A DNA stretch of 64,000 bases from Oscillospiraceae bacterium (lineage in GTDB: Bacteria; Bacillota; Clostridia; Oscillospirales; CAG-272). The notes beneath the pieces are model-generated. The model had not been told where the DNA came from, did no database searches, and saw only the letters and a list, made by a program, of their open reading frames with translations. The translations under genes and the position numbers were made by a program. Positions 45,579 to 54,089 of the stretch are shown piece by piece. Each line of letters opens with the position of its first letter. Within the stretch, counting starts at the first letter, position 1. The DNA is taken from contig SVTS01000004.1 in NCBI GenBank assembly GCA_015063645.1, positions 1,155-65,154 on the forward strand, given 5' to 3'.

Positions 45579-48503
45579 ATGAACGATAAGACTCTTTCCG
45601 CGATTCAGCAAACCGCGAAATCCTACGGCTCCGTGCCTTTCTGGAGCTGGAACGATGATCTGGAGCCGGAGGAACTCCGTCGGCAGATCCGCGCCATGGA
45701 CAAAATCGGCATGAACGGCTTCTTCATGCATGCCCGCGGCGGTCTGGAGACCGAATATCTCTCCGACAGATGGTTCGAATGCATCAATGCCTGCGTGGAC
45801 GAAGCAAAGAAGCTGGGCATGGATGCCTGGAGCTATGACGAAAACGGCTGGCCCTCCGGATTCGCCGGCGGTCTGCTTCTGAAGGACGAGGACAATTTTG
45901 CCCGCTATCTGACCCACGCCGAAGAGGATACCTATCCCACCGACAGCGCGGTTCTGGGCGTATATAAAATCGAGGACGGCAAGTGCCGCAAGGCGACTGC
46001 CGCCGACAGCGCACCGTTCTGCGTTGTCCGCGAGGGTGCGGATTCCTCCTATGTGGACGTACTCCGTCAGGATGTCATCGCCAAATTTATCGAAGTTACC
46101 CACGAGGAATACAAGCGCCGTGTCGGCGAGGATTTCGGCGGCGTGATGCCCGGATTCTTCACCGATGAACCCCAGTATTACCGTTACGCCTCCCCGTGGT
46201 CGAAAAAGCTGCCCGAGGAATTCATGGCTCGCTTCGGCTACTCCATCGAAGAGATCTATCCCGCCGTGTTCTGGGATTTCGAGGGATGCGAAGCGTATCG
46301 CTACGATTATTATCTGCTGCTGCATGAATTGTTCATGAAGAATTTCGCCAAGCAGATCTACGACTGGTGTGAGGAAAACGGCTGCCAGCAGACCGGTCAC
46401 GCCATCGACGAGGGTTCCCTTGGCGGACAGGTCATGTGCTGCGGCGGCGTTATGCCTTTCTATCAGTACGAGCACGTTCCGGGCGTAGACTATCTGGGAC
46501 GCGATATCCAGACGGATCTGCTGGGCAAGCAGCTTGGTTCCGCCTGCGCACAGCTTGGACGCAAAAAGGCACTTTCTGAAACCTTTGCCTGCGCCGGCTG
46601 GGATGTCAGCCCCCGTGAACTCAAGCGCATCGCCGAGATGCAGTACGCCGGCGGCGTCAATCTGATGTGCCAGCATCTGTATCCGTACTCCGAGCGCGGT
46701 CAGCGCAAGCGCGATTATCCCCTGCACTACTCCGAGCACAGCCCGTGGTATGACAAGATGGTGGATTTCGACCGTCACTTCACCAATCTGGGTGCACTGC
46801 TCGGTGCCGGCGAGGAATATTCCACCACGCTGGTGATCCATCCTGTCCGTGCGGCATACCGCGTATACAAGCGCCACCTGGGTCACGGCTCCTGCGGTCA
46901 GCTGGATGCGGATCTCCGGGTACTGATGAAACAGCTGGGCGACGCACAGGTTCCCTATCACTTTGGTGACGAGGGCATGATGGAGACGATGGCATCCGTG
47001 GAGGGTGCAAAGATCCGCGTGGGTCTGTGTTCCTATGACTACATCATCGTTCCCAAAATGGAGACGCTGACGGCGAACACCGTAAAGCTTCTGCGTGAAT
47101 TCGCCGCAAATGGCGGCAAGATCTGGTTCGCGGGCGATGTTCCCGGCGAGATCGACGCAAGAGCTGCCGATCTGTCCGATCTGTCCTCTACCACCTCCTT
47201 TGAGGAGATCGCCGCCGCTTCCGATGTGATCACCACGCTTGACGGCGGGATCGTGCCCGCACTCCGTCAGCGCATCCGCGTAATGGACGGACGGAAGATC
47301 ATCTTCACTGCCAACATTACCGCTGCTGATCACTACGGCGTGCGCATGAACATCAAAAACTGCGCCGGCGCGGCAGGCGTCTCCACCGATACACTGGAAA
47401 AATTCCCGCTGATGGGCGAGAAGAATGCCGACGACTCCCTCACCGTAGCACTGGACTTCCCCGCCTCCCATTCCATCGTGATCATCGAGGACGCGGACGC
47501 GCAGATGCTGCCGATTCCCGCATCCTTCGGCGCAAAGCCCGCCATGGCTCTGCCGGAGATCTGGAAGCTGTCCGCTCCGCTGACCAATGCTCTGACCATT
47601 GACTACGCAGCCATCTCGAAGGACGGCGGCGCAAGCTGGACGGAAGACCGTCCCATCGAGCGGGTGCGCGATGAGCTGCTCCGCGAGCAGTACGAAGGCA
47701 ATCTGCTCCTCCGCTATCCCTTCACGGTAGACGTAATTCCCGCATCCGCGGAGATCGTCTGGGAGAATCCCGGCGTGAAGAGCGTCCGGGTCAACGGTGT
47801 CGAGGTACAGGCGAACGGTTATCTCCATCCCGACAAGGCGTTCAGCCGTGCGGATGTGGCATCCCTCCTGCAGGTTGGCGTGAACGGCATCGTCCTGGAA
47901 TACGACTATTATCAGAAGCCGCTGGTCTATGACGTACTCTTCGGCGACGTTATGGAATCCCTGCGCAACTGTCTGAATTTCGATACGGAGATTGAATGCG
48001 TCTACGTCCGCGGTGATTTCCGCATCGGCATGGATCTAAGCAAGTGCACCGACACCGTCAAATCCGCCATCGAATACACCGGCACATTCCCGATCATCGC
48101 ACCCCGGTGTGAGATCGCCGTGCGGGACATGGTCCGCGACGGACTGCCCTTCTACGGCGGTGCCGTGGAAGCGGAATGCACCGTCGGCTGGAAGCCGGGT
48201 GACGCAACCGTCTTCCGTCCGGATGGCAGATTTGCCGCTGTGGACGTATGGGTGAACGAAGCGTATGCCGGCATGGTCTTCTTCAACAACGAGCTGGATC
48301 TGGCAAAATATCTGCGTGAAGGCGACAACACGCTCCGCATCCGCATCGTCAATGCGCTCCGCAACACCGCCGGCCCGCATCACCGCGCCGACGTGGAGCC
48401 CTTCAGCGTAGGTCCGGTCACGTTCTCCTTTGAGAAGCAGTGGAAAGACGGTCAGTGCGCCGCTTATCTCACCCGTTATGCATTTGTGAAATACGGAATT
48501 TAA
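45579..48503 (+). CDS. large intracellular glycoside-hydrolase-like protein (N-terminus resembles the PFWSWND.. GH106/GH2-like family)
   Basis: 974 aa; SVPFWSWNDDLEPEELRRQIRAMDKIGMNGFFMHARGGLETEYLS..YDENGWPSGFAGG; RBS AAGGAGA; family call tentative. Confidence 0.7.
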   Translation: MNDKTLSAIQQTAKSYGSVPFWSWNDDLEPEELRRQIRAMDKIGMNGFFMHARGGLETEYLSDRWFECINACVDEAKKLGMDAWSYDENGWPSGFAGGLLLKDEDNFARYLTHAEEDTYPTDSAVLGVYKIEDGKCRKATAADSAPFCVVREGADSSYVDVLRQDVIAKFIEVTHEEYKRRVGEDFGGVMPGFFTDEPQYYRYASPWSKKLPEEFMARFGYSIEEIYPAVFWDFEGCEAYRYDYYLLLHELFMKNFAKQIYDWCEENGCQQTGHAIDEGSLGGQVMCCGGVMPFYQYEHVPGVDYLGRDIQTDLLGKQLGSACAQLGRKKALSETFACAGWDVSPRELKRIAEMQYAGGVNLMCQHLYPYSERGQRKRDYPLHYSEHSPWYDKMVDFDRHFTNLGALLGAGEEYSTTLVIHPVRAAYRVYKRHLGHGSCGQLDADLRVLMKQLGDAQVPYHFGDEGMMETMASVEGAKIRVGLCSYDYIIVPKMETLTANTVKLLREFAANGGKIWFAGDVPGEIDARAADLSDLSSTTSFEEIAAASDVITTLDGGIVPALRQRIRVMDGRKIIFTANITAADHYGVRMNIKNCAGAAGVSTDTLEKFPLMGEKNADDSLTVALDFPASHSIVIIEDADAQMLPIPASFGAKPAMALPEIWKLSAPLTNALTIDYAAISKDGGASWTEDRPIERVRDELLREQYEGNLLLRYPFTVDVIPASAEIVWENPGVKSVRVNGVEVQANGYLHPDKAFSRADVASLLQVGVNGIVLEYDYYQKPLVYDVLFGDVMESLRNCLNFDTEIECVYVRGDFRIGMDLSKCTDTVKSAIEYTGTFPIIAPRCEIAVRDMVRDGLPFYGGAVEAECTVGWKPGDATVFRPDGRFAAVDVWVNEAYAGMVFFNNELDLAKYLREGDNTLRIRIVNALRNTAGPHHRADVEPFSVGPVTFSFEKQWKDGQCAAYLTRYAFVKYGI

Positions 48504-48516
48504 GGCAGGGGGATGC

Positions 48517-48647
48517 GCCGGGGGATTTTTGAAAGAGGCGCAGCCTCACAATCCCCCGGCCTCCCTTTAACTTTTATTGGTAAAATTTTATTAAAGTTTT
48601 TTGGAAAGGGTCCGGGGAAACCTTTTTTTCAAAAAAGGTTTCCCCGG
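48517..48647. repeat. two palindromic repeat units (family B)
   Basis: GCCGGGGGAT...ATCCCCCGGC hairpin, then AAAGTTTTTTGGAAAGGGTCCGGGGAAACCTTTTTTTCAAAAAAGGTTTCCCCGG. Confidence 0.7.
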
Positions 48648-48661
48648 TTTATATATCACTC

Positions 48662-50056
48662 ATGTTCCATACCGTAGCCGCCGTATCCACCCCTCCGGGG
48701 AAGGGCGGCGTCGCCCTGATCCGCATCTCCGGCGAGGAAGCCGCGGCAGTTGCGGATCGGATGTTTATCCCCCTGCAGGGCGGAAAACTGTCGGATCAGC
48801 CGCCGCGGCGCGCCGTATTCGGCTCCATCATCTCTCCCGACACAGGGGAAATTCTGGACACCGGTGTGGCGGTGATTTTCCGCGCGCCCGCGTCCTACAC
48901 CGGTGAGGATACCGCTGAGATCAGCTGTCACGGCGGCGTTGCTGTGACCCGTGCGACTCTTGCCGCGGCTTTTGCCGCAGGAGCGGAGCCTGCCGGTCCG
49001 GGCGATTTCACCCGCCGGGCATTTGTGAACGGCAAGCTTACGCTGACGGAAGCGGAAGCGGTAGGGCTTCTGATCGATGCCGATACCGAAAGCCGCCGTG
49101 CGCTGGCATCCGGTGCCGTGCGGGGCAATCTGACCCGTGCGCTGGATCCCATCGGCGATGCACTGAGCCGTGTTCTCTCCGCGATCTACGCCGCCATTGA
49201 TTATCCCGACGAGGATATCGGCGATGAAGGCGAGCGGGAGATCGCCGGGGTGATCCGCGCCTCCATGGCGGATATTGACCGGCTTGCCGCCACCTATAAG
49301 ACGGGCAGTGCCATCGCCCAGGGAATCCCCACCGCCATTGCGGGACTGCCGAACAGCGGCAAGAGTTCGCTGTACAATGCCCTGCTGGGCAGTGACGACG
49401 CCATCGTCACCGATATTCCCGGCACCACCCGGGACGTGCTGTCCGCGCAGGCAGATGTGGGCGGCGTTACGCTCTGTCTGGCAGACACCGCCGGCATCCG
49501 TGACGGCACGGATACGGTGGAAATGATCGGTGTGGAGCGGGCACGGCAGAAGATTGCACAGGCCGCGCTGGTGCTTCTGGTATGCGACGCATCTCAACCG
49601 CTGCATGAAGATTTCTGTACGCTGGCACGGGACGTGCGCGAAAGCGCGCCTGCCGCGCACATTATTGCCGTGATGAACAAGAGCGATCTGCCTGCCGCCG
49701 GCGACGGTGAGACGGAGAAATTTCTCGGCGGCGTTGCCGACGACGTCATCCGCATCTCCGCGAAGCGGGGAGACGGGATGGACGCGCTGCGCGCCGCTGT
49801 TGCCCGTGCCGCCGGCACGGACATGCTGGACGTATCCAGCGATGCCGTGATCTGGGATGCCCGCCAGCAGGCGGCGCTCCACCGGGCATACACATCGCTG
49901 TCGGAAGCGGAAACTGCGCTGTGTGCAGGCGAGCCGCTGGATGCGGTCTGCATGCTGTGCGAGAATGCGCTCAGCGAGATCCGGGGCGTAGACGGCAGAG
50001 CAGTGGATGAGGAGATTGTTGCGGGAATTTTTGCACGGTTCTGTGTAGGAAAATGA
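48662..50056 (+). CDS. mnmE: tRNA modification GTPase MnmE
   Basis: TVAAVSTPPGKGGVALIRISG N-domain, G-domain GLPNSGKSSLYN / DTAGIR / NKSD, C-terminal FCVGK. Confidence 0.92.
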   Translation: MFHTVAAVSTPPGKGGVALIRISGEEAAAVADRMFIPLQGGKLSDQPPRRAVFGSIISPDTGEILDTGVAVIFRAPASYTGEDTAEISCHGGVAVTRATLAAAFAAGAEPAGPGDFTRRAFVNGKLTLTEAEAVGLLIDADTESRRALASGAVRGNLTRALDPIGDALSRVLSAIYAAIDYPDEDIGDEGEREIAGVIRASMADIDRLAATYKTGSAIAQGIPTAIAGLPNSGKSSLYNALLGSDDAIVTDIPGTTRDVLSAQADVGGVTLCLADTAGIRDGTDTVEMIGVERARQKIAQAALVLLVCDASQPLHEDFCTLARDVRESAPAAHIIAVMNKSDLPAAGDGETEKFLGGVADDVIRISAKRGDGMDALRAAVARAAGTDMLDVSSDAVIWDARQQAALHRAYTSLSEAETALCAGEPLDAVCMLCENALSEIRGVDGRAVDEEIVAGIFARFCVGK

Positions 50057-50079
50057 GAATGGATGTCGCCTGCAAAAGT

Positions 50080-50170
50080 GGGCGAGGGGGATTTCGCCGC
50101 CTGCGGGCGGCGAGTCGGGGCTCTGCCCCAACACCCTGCCGCCTTTTGAAAAAGGCGGGCGAAAATTTTT
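50080..50170. repeat. cluster of GC-rich hairpins (CGCCGC..GCGGCG, GGGGCTCTGCCCC, CCGCC-TTTTGAAAAA-GGCGG)
   Basis: Shares the GGGGCTCTGCCCC core with family A and the TTTTGAAAAA core with family B. Confidence 0.6.
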
Positions 50171-50183
50171 ATAGGTGACAGTT

Positions 50184-51365
50184 ATGATGGATTTTGATGT
50201 AATGCCGCCGCGTCAGGGGACGCGGTGTGAAAAATGGGACGGCATGTCCCGCACGTTCGGCGAAGCCGCTGTGGGCGATGTGATTCCGCTCTGGGTAGCG
50301 GACATGGATTTTTCCTGTGCACCGGAGATTCTTGCGGCAGTCCGCCGTGCGTATGACTGCGGCGCTCTGGGATATCGCTATCTGGGCGACGGATTTTATG
50401 CCGCTATTGCGGGATGGATGAAGAAGCGGCACAATCTGGACGTGCCCACGGAGTGGATTCTGCCGCTGCCCGGCGTTGTCGCCGGCATTTCCGCCGCTGT
50501 TGCCGCATTCACGGATGTGGGAGACGGCGTGATCATTCAGACGCCGGTGTACACGCCTTTCCACGATGTTCCCCGGAACATGGGGCGGAAGCTGATCGAG
50601 AATCCGCTGATTGAGACAGAAGAAAACGGCATCCTCCGCTACGAGATCGATTTTGATCATCTCGCTGCGGTCTGCGCGGATAAATCCGCGAAAGTGCTTG
50701 TACTTTGCAGTCCGCACAATCCGGTAGGACGTCTGTATACGCCCGATGAGCTTGCACGGATCGCGCGGGTCTGCGCAGAGAACGATGTATTTCTGATCAG
50801 CGATGAGATTCATTCGGACATTGTACTGGACGGACGGAAGTTCACGCCGATCCTCTCCGCCGCGCCTCAAAGGAGCCGCATCTGCCAGCTGGGATCCCCC
50901 TCCAAGAGCTTCAACACCGCCGGCACGCACTCAGCGTATATGATTATTCCCGACGCGGACGAGCGGGCGAAGGTGCAGGCATTCTGGCACGCGCTGCACA
51001 TTCCCACGGAATCCTTCATCTCCGCCGAGGTGATCACCGCCGCGTACAACGAGGCGGAATATTATGTGGATGAGCTGTGTCCGTATGTAACGGAAAACAT
51101 GCATTTTCTGTGCAGCTACCTCCGTGAGCATCTGCCGAAGGTACGGCTGGCGCAGACCGAAGCGACGTATTTGCTCTGGGCGGATTTTTCCGCGTACAGC
51201 ACAGGCAAGGAGCTGATGGACACGCTGGTACGCGAGGCAAGAGTTGCCCCCGATCCGGGCAACTGGTTCGGCAGTACGTACGGGGGCTATCTCCGCATCA
51301 ACGTCGCCGCTCCGCGCAGCATCATCGAGGAAGCCGCCAGGCGGATCGTGCAGTGCTTCGGATAA
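50184..51365 (+). CDS. MalY/PatB-type PLP-dependent C-S lyase (aminotransferase class I/II)
   Basis: RQGTRCEKWD.., ..LWVADMDF.., SPHNPVGR, LGSPSKSFN (PLP lysine) motifs; ATG at 50184 after AGGTGA (GTG at 50175 is also possible). Confidence 0.85.
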   Translation: MMDFDVMPPRQGTRCEKWDGMSRTFGEAAVGDVIPLWVADMDFSCAPEILAAVRRAYDCGALGYRYLGDGFYAAIAGWMKKRHNLDVPTEWILPLPGVVAGISAAVAAFTDVGDGVIIQTPVYTPFHDVPRNMGRKLIENPLIETEENGILRYEIDFDHLAAVCADKSAKVLVLCSPHNPVGRLYTPDELARIARVCAENDVFLISDEIHSDIVLDGRKFTPILSAAPQRSRICQLGSPSKSFNTAGTHSAYMIIPDADERAKVQAFWHALHIPTESFISAEVITAAYNEAEYYVDELCPYVTENMHFLCSYLREHLPKVRLAQTEATYLLWADFSAYSTGKELMDTLVREARVAPDPGNWFGSTYGGYLRINVAAPRSIIEEAARRIVQCFG

Positions 51366-51440
51366 GCAAACAAACGCACTCCGGGGAGAGACGGGGCGCT
51401 GCCCCACAGGAACTTTCATTAAAAATTTACACTTCCGTTA

Positions 51441-51469
51441 TTTACAAATGCCTGCCTGTATAGTATAAT
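51441..51469 (+). promoter_or_regulatory. sigma-A promoter of cysE operon
   Basis: TTTACA-17 nt-TATAAT; the -10 box is the loop of a perfect 9-bp inverted repeat CCTGTATAG/CTATACAGG (51455..51480). Confidence 0.7.
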
Positions 51470-51475
51470 ATCTAT

Positions 51476-51686
51476 ACAGGCATTGATCGGTGAGAATCCG
51501 GCATCCGCTCCCCCAGAGAGCCGCTGTCATGGGCTGCAAGCAGCGGTGGAGTCAGCCGGGCTGTGCCTCCGTGAGCCTGCCGTGCGATACTGTAGCGCGG
51601 CACGTTTCCCGCGTTAAGGGACAGAGTACAAACGAGAGTGGAACCGCGATCCGTCGCCTCTTGGGACGGTTCGCGGTCTTTTTTAT
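51476..51686 (+). promoter_or_regulatory. T-box riboswitch leader (candidate Cys specifier UGC) with terminator
   Basis: AGAGA box, candidate specifier GGGC-UGC-A, T-box sequence GAGAGUGGAACCGCG, terminator GAACCGCGATCCGTC...GACGGTTCGCGGTC + TTTTTT directly upstream of cysE. Confidence 0.75.
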
Positions 51687-51705
51687 TGAATTGAGGTACA
51701 AAAGT

Positions 51706-52671
51706 ATGAAGCATTACCGCATTCATGTGGAATTCCGCATGCCCGGTCTGCGTCGCCTCGGAGAGGACACCATCGGCACGGTTGTGCAGGCAGTGGACGC
51801 ATTCCGCGGCATCAAGCACATCGGCGACGGGGTGAAGCTCCACACCCGGGTTATGAAGCCCGATCCGGAGCCGGAAGAAGAGGAAAACGTCCTCAGGGAC
51901 GAGCCTCTGAGCGAGGATGCCTTTGAGGAAACGGGCGAATACTCCTCTCCGGCGGACGCATTTTTCAGCGAAGCTGAGGAGAAAGCCAAGCGGCTGTGGG
52001 ATTCCGTTCTCCGTACTGCCGAGGAGATCAAAGAGGACATCGACATCATCTGCGAGCGTGACCCTGCCGCCCGTTCCCGGGCAGAGGTACTGATGCTGTA
52101 CTCCGGTCTGCACGCTCTGCTGATCTACCGTGCGGCGCACGCGCTGCATGAAAAAGGATTCTGCTTCACCGCCCGTGCGATGAGCCAGATCGGACGGCTG
52201 CTGACGGGCATTGAGATCCATCCCGGCGCGCAGATCGGCCGCGGATTATTCATCGACCACGGAAGCGGCGTTGTCATCGGCGAAACCGCCATCATCGGCG
52301 ACTACTGCACGCTGTATCAGGGTGTGACCCTGGGCGGCACGGGCAAGGACACCGGCAAGCGTCACCCCACGCTGGGTGATCATGTGATGGTCGGTGCCGG
52401 CGCGAAGCTGCTGGGCAATTTCACCGTGGGATCCGGCTCCAAGATCGCCGCAGGCGCGGTGGTACTGGGTGAAGTACCGGAGAACAGCACGGCAGTGGGC
52501 ATTCCCGCGAGAGTGGTACGCCGTGCCGGTCAGAAGGTGGATGATCTGGACCAGACCCACATTCCCGACCCGGTATCCCAGGCACTGTGCCGGATCGGCG
52601 TACGGCTTGAGGAGATGCAGGCAAAGATTGACGCTCTGGAAAAAGCGGGCACGGAGGCGGATGCACAATGA
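51706..52671 (+). CDS. cysE: serine O-acetyltransferase with ~100 aa N-terminal extension
   Basis: Core IKEDIDIICERDPAARS..GIEIHPGAQIGRGLFIDHGSGVVIGETA..GKRHPTLGD hexapeptide repeats; RBS GAGGT 8 nt before ATG 51706, just after the T-box terminator. Confidence 0.85.
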   Translation: MKHYRIHVEFRMPGLRRLGEDTIGTVVQAVDAFRGIKHIGDGVKLHTRVMKPDPEPEEEENVLRDEPLSEDAFEETGEYSSPADAFFSEAEEKAKRLWDSVLRTAEEIKEDIDIICERDPAARSRAEVLMLYSGLHALLIYRAAHALHEKGFCFTARAMSQIGRLLTGIEIHPGAQIGRGLFIDHGSGVVIGETAIIGDYCTLYQGVTLGGTGKDTGKRHPTLGDHVMVGAGAKLLGNFTVGSGSKIAAGAVVLGEVPENSTAVGIPARVVRRAGQKVDDLDQTHIPDPVSQALCRIGVRLEEMQAKIDALEKAGTEADAQ

Positions 52672-53615
52672 AATGTCCCAACTGTCAAAGAGATAATTAC
52701 CCGGGCGCGAAATTCTGTCTCGGATGCGGCACTCCCCTGCCCCAGCCGCCGTCCCGCGGCAAGCTGGCGCTGATCGCGCTGCTGAAAGCAGCGGCGTATT
52801 ATGGTTTATTTTTCGTTGTCCAGACGTCGGTGATGTTCATTTATGAGATTGCGCTTCTGATGCCGGAGGCATTCCGTCTCGGACTGAGCGGCGGTGCGAT
52901 AGACGGTGATCTGATGGAGCGGCTGACAGAGACGCTGATGGATGCGCTCTCCAAGAACATCCACATTCTGCTGATTCTCAGCGGAGCGCTGACGCTGCTT
53001 ATTCTGTTTTTCTTCTATCATCTGCGCCGGAAAAATCCTCTGGACGAGATGCATCTCACGGGGACTTCGCTGCCGCCGCTGGCGATGGCGCTTATTCTGG
53101 GCATTGCGGCGCAGTTCTTTGTGAGCATCACGCTGACATTTCTGCCGATCCCGGAATCGATGATTGAGAGTTTCAACGAAAACCGGAGCACGGAGCTGAT
53201 TTACGGCGGCGGTCCTTTATGGCTGGAGCTGATCAGCATTGCGGTGGTTACGCCGATTCTGGAAGAAGTGATTTTCCGCGGGCTGATTTTCACGCGGCTT
53301 CGCCGTGCGATGTCCGTCTCTCTTGCGGTAGGCATATGCGCCGTGATTTTCGGTGCGGTACACGGGCACATCATTGCGTTTATTTACGCAGGGCTTCTGG
53401 GCATTCTGCTCTGTCTGCTGATGCTCCGTGTGAACGATTCGGTTCTCGCGCCGATCTTCTGTCACATGGGCTTTAACTTCGGCTCATATCTGGTCAACTG
53501 GACCTTCGGCGACACCCTCAACATGCCGCTGATGCTGGCGTTCTACTTCGTTTCCATCGCCCTCTGTCTGATCTGCGGATATCTGATTTTCCGGCGGACG
53601 GCTGAGGAGGAGTGA
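52668..53615 (+). CDS. zinc-ribbon + CPBP (CAAX/Abi) family intramembrane metalloprotease
   Basis: N-terminal CPNC..x..CLGCG zinc ribbon; multiple TM helices; LEEVIFRG and FGAVH CPBP motifs; ATGA overlap with cysE stop. Confidence 0.8.
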   Translation: MKCPNCQRDNYPGAKFCLGCGTPLPQPPSRGKLALIALLKAAAYYGLFFVVQTSVMFIYEIALLMPEAFRLGLSGGAIDGDLMERLTETLMDALSKNIHILLILSGALTLLILFFFYHLRRKNPLDEMHLTGTSLPPLAMALILGIAAQFFVSITLTFLPIPESMIESFNENRSTELIYGGGPLWLELISIAVVTPILEEVIFRGLIFTRLRRAMSVSLAVGICAVIFGAVHGHIIAFIYAGLLGILLCLLMLRVNDSVLAPIFCHMGFNFGSYLVNWTFGDTLNMPLMLAFYFVSIALCLICGYLIFRRTAEEE

Positions 53616-53735
53616 CGGGGGAGGGAACGGCGGGGCGCTGCCCCGGACCCCGGCAGGACTCTGTCCTGCACCTGGCAGGGGACGAGTCCCCTGCACCCCG
53701 CAGCTGGTGAAGCCGTGGAGATTGTGCGGGTTTGG

Positions 53736-53797
53736 GTGCCGCAAATACTTGCGGCACGGATTTGGCTTGCCATACTTGCGGCGCAAATACTTGCGCC
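53736..53797. repeat. three tandem mini-hairpin units GC(C)GCAAATACTTGCG(G)C
   Basis: GTGCCGCAA-atac-TTGCGGCAC, partial GCCATACTTGCGGC, GGCGCAA-atac-TTGCGCC. Confidence 0.6.
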
Positions 53798-53866
53798 GGA
53801 AGCGCAGTCCGAACACCGCTGAAGCGGTAATTACCGCTAATCTTTATTGGATTCACCGAAGGATAT

Positions 53867-54037
53867 CGGGAGCTGTACCCCCAAACCAACTCCATTTGAT
53901 CCGCGGGCGGCAGCACCGGCTGTCCCCCCGACCAACTTCACTTGATTCGCCGGGGGTGTCGGGGGCTGTGCCCCCGACCGCAACCTGACTTCTCGGGGGG
54001 TCAAGGGGGGCAGAGCCCCCCTTGCCATGCGCTGCAC
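53867..54037. repeat. family A palindromic repeat: two degenerate half-units plus one full unit in tandem
   Basis: Three ~45-nt units sharing GCTGTNCCCCC(G)ACCNAAC..ACTT..CG, the last continuing into GGGGGGTCAAGGGGGGCAGAGCCCCCCTTGCCATGCGCTGCAC. Confidence 0.7.
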
Positions 54038-54089
54038 AAAAATTACAGCTATCAAAAATAAAACAATAATACAAAGGAACAACGACACT

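Noticed and set aside
45396-47828. 810 aa minus-strand ORF
   Set aside because: It is fully antisense to the 974 aa GH-like gene, which has an RBS, a promoter and recognisable N-terminal motifs. It is a typical GC-rich shadow ORF with no start context.
48656-50134. 492 aa minus-strand ORF
   Set aside because: It is antisense to mnmE, which has unambiguous G-domain motifs and an FCVGK end. Its composition is Arg/Gly/Ala-rich noise.
51490-51705. N-terminal 72 codons of the 393 aa ORF containing cysE
   Set aside because: This stretch is the T-box leader (AGAGA box, T-box sequence, terminator hairpin plus U-run). Translation most plausibly starts at 51706, after the terminator, where there is a GAGGT RBS.
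53736-53797. Possible CRISPR-like short repeats
   Set aside because: There are only about three 15-20 nt units, directly abutting one another without 30-40 nt unique spacers, and no cas genes are present. They are better described as tandem mini-hairpins.
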